Below the pieces are notes generated by a model that did not search any database, was not told the origin of the DNA, and saw only the letters and a list, made by a program, of their open reading frames with translations. A stretch of 28,678 nucleotides of DNA. Origin: a plasmid. Location: sequence record NZ_CP027230.1, one strand, 5' to 3'. The translations under genes were made by a program, and so were the position numbers. Positions 24,603 to 28,678 of this stretch are shown one piece after another (position 1 is the first letter of the stretch; every line of letters begins with the position of its first letter).

Positions 24603-25770
24603 AAAAACATATATCTTTTATGGGTCTATAGGGGGATTTGTTATATTAGCTTTGTTAGGTTGGAGTATGATGAGTTCAGACAAAAAACCAGAGTCTGAAA
24701 AAATTGAAACACCTGAGAAAAAGAGGGAAGCCTACGACAGCCGACTACAAGCCTACAATACAGATAAACAAGAGGCTAACATGGGAGATTTGAACAAGTC
24801 TTTTGGCAATACTGATAAAAAGGAAGCTGACAACTCAAAAAATAGCGATAATAGCTTATTTGCTGATATAGATAGACAAATAGCTAATATGGCAGGGAAT
24901 CGCCAAGAGCCTCAAGAGCCTGAGAACGCCCCACCTCCTGCAGCCCCTGAACCCCAACGCCAATCCGTTAGTACAAGTTTAGGAACTGCCACAGGCGGGG
25001 GCGGTAGTGGTGGGAGTGTTTCCTCTACGCCCGCCAAAAAGTCTCGTAAGGAATTGCGAAACGAACGACTACAAGAAGAAGCGAAACAAGCTATTGCCAA
25101 TGGAGATTATAATAATCCTGTTATAGTGTCTGCTAAAGCAAGTCAGCAAACAATTCAAAAAGAAACAGGCAATAATACAGATTTTTCAGAGGTAGACAAA
25201 TATATTCCTACAGCTTCTGCAAGCGCTCCCCCTACTCGTATCGATGTAAAAAGTGGTAAGCCTCAAAAATTTTCTGATTTGCCCGCTACCGAGCAGCGTA
25301 GAATACTACTGCAAACTGGGCAAGCACAATACAAAGAAAGCGAATACATACAGGCTAAAATAGTTTCCACTGGTAAAATCAAACCAGGGCAAACTATTTA
25401 CTTAATGCTACAGGAAGACGCAGTACTATCTTTTAGAAAAGTGCCAAGAGGGACTCGTGTTGCGGGTATTGTTCGTATGAATGACAACCGTCTTACCGTT
25501 GTTTTTTCTTCAATCAATATTAAGGGAGAGATTTTAGATGTAACATTAGATTTATATGGGACAGACGGAATATTAGGTCTTCCAGTGAGCGGAGAAGATG
25601 TTACAAGAGAAGCAAAAGATGAAGGTATAAATGAAGCTATATCACGCACAGGGCGTGTGGGAAGAGTTATTGGAACTATAGGGCAAAGTCTTAAAAAAAC
25701 AAAAGACAACTCGGTAGACTTAGGTAATAATATCTCGTGTATTTTACGAAATAGACATAAAAAAGAATAA
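24586..25770 (+). CDS. traM: TraM-like (VirB10-like) protein, 394 aa
   Basis: N-terminal TM helix, a long disordered Pro/Glu/Gly-rich linker (PQEPENAPPPAAPEPQ...GGGGSGGS), and a C-terminal beta-rich domain. This is the typical VirB10 architecture. Confidence 0.55.
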   Translation: MDAQTKKTYIFYGSIGGFVILALLGWSMMSSDKKPESEKIETPEKKREAYDSRLQAYNTDKQEANMGDLNKSFGNTDKKEADNSKNSDNSLFADIDRQIANMAGNRQEPQEPENAPPPAAPEPQRQSVSTSLGTATGGGGSGGSVSSTPAKKSRKELRNERLQEEAKQAIANGDYNNPVIVSAKASQQTIQKETGNNTDFSEVDKYIPTASASAPPTRIDVKSGKPQKFSDLPATEQRRILLQTGQAQYKESEYIQAKIVSTGKIKPGQTIYLMLQEDAVLSFRKVPRGTRVAGIVRMNDNRLTVVFSSINIKGEILDVTLDLYGTDGILGLPVSGEDVTREAKDEGINEAISRTGRVGRVIGTIGQSLKKTKDNSVDLGNNISCILRNRHKKE

Positions 25771-25839
25771 AAAATGAGTTACAGCAATAAATATGTAAAA
25801 AAATAAATTCTTATTTCTTTCACCAATAAATATAAAACA

Positions 25840-26673
25840 ATGAAAAAAATATTATTTTTAACCATAGCTTTGTTTGCTATGGCAATACAAGCCCAAGAGA
25901 GTAAGAACGAAAAAACGGTAACTATAGATGTTAATACAGATATGTTTGTTCAGATTGTTTTTAAGACTCCTGTACAATCATTAAGGGTGGGAATGCCTAA
26001 TGTAGTAGAAGCTCAATATACTGAAAATGTAATAACAGTGCAGGCTTTGGCTGAAGAGCTCAAAACAAATCTTACTGTTAAAACTTCTGACGGACTTTAT
26101 TATTCTTTCATTTTGAAAGGGACAGCGGAAGTCCCAATTCTTTTTTATGAAATAAATCCATTGCAAGCAGTTAATGCAGAGGTTACTACAATTAATACAA
26201 GTAAAGAAAGTAATGGCAAGAAACAAGAGTATAAAACCTCAAAAAGTGTAGAAGAAAAAGTATTAGATAAATCAGGATATCTATCTAATAGAAATATAGC
26301 TGAATACAGAAAAATAGAACTTGGTATAAATGGTATTTATACCAATAATGGAAAGTTATATTTTCTTATGGAGGTGAGAAATAGAAGTAATATACATTAT
26401 AATGTAAGCAAACTTTCTTTTGTTACAGCTTCGATAAAAAAGGCTAAAAAACAAATAGACGCAGAGGAACAAGAATTTGAACCATTGTATTTTTATCCAG
26501 AGTTTACCGAGATAAAGCCCAAAGGGAAGGTTAAATTTGTCGCAGTATTTAATAAGTTTACACTTAACAACGACAAAGAAATGGAAATTACTTTAACAGA
26601 ACAAGACGGCGAGCGCGTTGTTAGGCTGCTTATCGATACGGAAACGATTAGTAATGCAGAAAATATAAAATAA
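25840..26673 (+). CDS. traN: TraN-like (VirB9-like) secreted protein, 277 aa
   Basis: Signal peptide MKKILFLTIALFAMAIQAQ. Position after TraM. Confidence 0.5.
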   Translation: MKKILFLTIALFAMAIQAQESKNEKTVTIDVNTDMFVQIVFKTPVQSLRVGMPNVVEAQYTENVITVQALAEELKTNLTVKTSDGLYYSFILKGTAEVPILFYEINPLQAVNAEVTTINTSKESNGKKQEYKTSKSVEEKVLDKSGYLSNRNIAEYRKIELGINGIYTNNGKLYFLMEVRNRSNIHYNVSKLSFVTASIKKAKKQIDAEEQEFEPLYFYPEFTEIKPKGKVKFVAVFNKFTLNNDKEMEITLTEQDGERVVRLLIDTETISNAENIK

Positions 26674-26682
26674 ATAATATAT

Positions 26683-26722
26683 ACATAATAATTTGTGTAA
26701 ATTATTTGTTGTATCTTTTGTG
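26683..26722 (+). promoter_or_regulatory. Fifth, more degenerate copy of the conserved promoter/leader
   Basis: TACATAATAATTTGTGTAAATTATTTGTTGTATCTTTTGTGCCATAATAATAATT. Spacer is shortened to about 16 nt. Confidence 0.4.
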
Positions 26723-26752
26723 CCATAATAATAATTCGAAAAATGAATAAAA

Positions 26753-27127
26753 ATGCAGTATTATTGTAAAAAAATCGAACTGAATAATGAGTATGAACAA
26801 ATTTATATTTGCTCATCTAATTTTGACCAAGAAGGCTATATTATAGCAGACAAAGCTTTTGGAGTAGTATTTACAGCAAAAGATGAAATAAAAGATATTT
26901 TTAATATTAACTTCCCTGTAAAATTAAAAGAAGAAGAGTTTGAACTAATTGATAAAGATACTTTTGAAAAAATATATGAATTTTCTTGGGATGTGAAAGG
27001 ATTAGATAAAGGCTACATACAACATTTAAACCATTATAATAAAAAACTTTTAAAGCAGATTGAAGAATTAAAAGGAGAAATAGAATCTATCAAATCCGCA
27101 CTAAAAAAAAATGCTAAAAAAACATAG
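26753..27127 (+). CDS. Hypothetical 124-aa protein with a C-terminal coiled coil
   Basis: ORF driven by the promoter copy above. KKLLKQIEELKGEIESIKSALKK heptads. Confidence 0.4.
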   Translation: MQYYCKKIELNNEYEQIYICSSNFDQEGYIIADKAFGVVFTAKDEIKDIFNINFPVKLKEEEFELIDKDTFEKIYEFSWDVKGLDKGYIQHLNHYNKKLLKQIEELKGEIESIKSALKKNAKKT

Positions 27128-27133
27128 TAAATA

Positions 27134-28678
27134 ATGCCTAAAACCTTAATAATAGCCGAAAAATCAACCCAAATGCGTGAGTATGCCCGCGCATTAGGTT
27201 TTACCCTCAAAGGAGACCGTTACGAGAAAGGCGATACTATCCTTTCCTGTGCAGATGGGCACCTGTTAGAACTTGCTGAAGATACCGCCTATCGAGGGGA
27301 AGGAAAATGGGATAAATCCTATTTGCCACTGCTTCTGCAGATAAAAGATTATAAGTACGAACCTAAGAAAGAAGATAGAAGAAAAGCCCAATTGAAGAAA
27401 TTAGGCGACTTATTAAATAATCCTGAAATCGGTAATATCATTGTTGCCACCGACCCCGACCGTGAGGGGGAACTCATTTTTAGATACATCTATAACTATT
27501 TTAAATGTAAAAAGCCTTTCATTCGTGTGTGGAACTCGGCTTTAGTTGATGAGGGCATTCGCAAAGCTTTTGCACACCCTACCTACAAGCAGGGTGACCC
27601 ATTTTTGGAAAACCTTTGTAAAAGTGGCTATGCTCGTGCTTTTACCGATTGGCTCATTGGCGTAAACGCCACCCAAGCAGCCACCCTACAATTAGGACAA
27701 GGTAAATTGCTATCGATAGGACGCGTACAAAGTACTATTTTAAAGATTATTTGCGATAGGTACATCAAGAATAAGGGGCACGAAAAAACCTATACTTACA
27801 AAATTATCACTAATCATTCTTACAATGGTACTACCTATATGACCGAGAGCCCCATATATGAGAGCAAAGAGCAAGCCCAAGCCGTTTTTAACGGACTTTT
27901 GCCCGCTCATAGCTTTGTATCTCACGAGGTGAAAAAAGTGTCTAAAAACCCGCCTCTATTGCATACGTTGGACAGTTTAACGATTGTAGCTAACAAACTC
28001 TATAAGTACACGCCCGACCAAGTGTTGGCGTCTGCTCAAAAGCTGTATGAAGGTAAATTTTTGTCCTACCCACGTACTGAAGACCCTTATATCACTGAAG
28101 AAGGATATTACAACCTCCAAAAGTTCTTTGTCGGTTTGTGTAGAGATTTTTTGGGTGTTACTGACTTTTCTTTTATGGGAAAACCAAAATCGGTAGATGA
28201 TAGCAAAATTACAGGTTCACACGATGCTTTAATACCTACAGGTTACACTAATGGTTTAGAGAGCTTAGCCGAGCAGGAACGCCGTGTATTTGAACTTATC
28301 CTATATCGCTGTTTAGAAAGCTTTTCCGACAGCTCTCAATATGAAAAAGGCATATATCTTTTTGACAATCAAGGAACGCCTTTTAAAACCAACACTAACA
28401 AACTGTTATATGCAGGTTGGGAGCGTTACACGCCTAAAAACAAAACAGCAGCTACTGATGAAGAGGGTGAAGCAGACGATGAAAAAATTACTGTTTTGGA
28501 TCTCCCTTACAGGCAGGGCGACGCGGTCGCTATCGAGGCGAAAAACGTTCGTGAAATTGAGAGCAGACCTCCCGCTATATACACACCTGCAACCCTTACC
28601 GATGATTTATGTAACTTGGACAAGTTCCTACAAGAACAATCGCCCGAAGTACACAAGGAATTATCATCTCAGTTTGAG
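27134..28678 (+). CDS. topB: DNA topoisomerase III (type IA), N-terminal 515 codons (Toprim and catalytic core); the ORF runs off the window end with no stop
   Basis: MPKTLIIAEKSTQMREYARAL... Toprim (IAEK...TDPDREGE), ...LSYPRTE..Y... catalytic tyrosine region. In frame with the ORF at 1-582 across the window junction. Confidence 0.8.
   Translation, partial: MPKTLIIAEKSTQMREYARALGFTLKGDRYEKGDTILSCADGHLLELAEDTAYRGEGKWDKSYLPLLLQIKDYKYEPKKEDRRKAQLKKLGDLLNNPEIGNIIVATDPDREGELIFRYIYNYFKCKKPFIRVWNSALVDEGIRKAFAHPTYKQGDPFLENLCKSGYARAFTDWLIGVNATQAATLQLGQGKLLSIGRVQSTILKIICDRYIKNKGHEKTYTYKIITNHSYNGTTYMTESPIYESKEQAQAVFNGLLPAHSFVSHEVKKVSKNPPLLHTLDSLTIVANKLYKYTPDQVLASAQKLYEGKFLSYPRTEDPYITEEGYYNLQKFFVGLCRDFLGVTDFSFMGKPKSVDDSKITGSHDALIPTGYTNGLESLAEQERRVFELILYRCLESFSDSSQYEKGIYLFDNQGTPFKTNTNKLLYAGWERYTPKNKTAATDEEGEADDEKITVLDLPYRQGDAVAIEAKNVREIESRPPAIYTPATLTDDLCNLDKFLQEQSPEVHKELSSQFE

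Noticed and set aside
14456-25709. Numerous 60-110-aa minus-strand ORFs nested in the relaxase, T4CP, VirB4 and TraM genes (e.g. 17201-17533, 18392-18667, 25398-25709)
   Set aside because: All are antisense to long, well-supported + strand genes and show no domain features. The one opposite the TraM Pro-rich linker (24912-25100) merely mirrors its GC-rich codons.

Overview
This AT-rich (about 30% GC) window looks like a complete, self-transmissible conjugative plasmid of a Bacteroidota (Flavobacteriia-like) host, or the excised circular form of an integrative element. The main evidence for circularity: the window ends with 515 codons of the N-terminus of a type IA DNA topoisomerase III and no stop codon, and it begins, in the same frame, with the 193-aa C-terminus of the same protein. 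Joining end to start reads ...SSQFE|LKGLQIGTKGTRPGILDTLI, the conserved GIGTPATRA-like helix of type IA topoisomerases. That gives one intact topB of about 708 aa on a 28,678-bp circle. Every credible gene is on the + strand. Gene order: an outer-membrane beta-barrel protein and a large repeat lipoprotein; a highly structured GC-rich noncoding module of about 0.85-1.1 kb, duplicated, each copy ending in a canonical Bacteroidetes sigma-A promoter (TTTG-N20-TAnnTTTG); a leading-region cassette (J-domain protein, SSB, a 96-aa protein, a strongly acidic 205-aa protein); then a ParA/TraA-like ATPase, a candidate Rep with a 6x 20-bp iteron array plus AT-rich tract (putative oriV), and a Toprim primase; a candidate oriT and Mob accessory protein; an unusual 1052-aa MOBQ-like relaxase; a VirD4-type coupling protein; and a compact Bacteroidetes-type (MPF-B) type IV secretion system, TraE-F-G(VirB4)-I?-J-K-M-N. 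Points worth a second look: the duplicated structured module, which contains a G-quadruplex motif and 14-30-bp hairpins and may act as ssDNA promoters or ssi signals in the entering strand; a family of near-identical promoter/leader copies at five loci; a 26-bp motif repeated three times; a perfect 14-bp palindrome in the ssb leader; the candidate iteron origin; and a relaxase whose Tyr motif and HUH triad lie about 870 residues apart.
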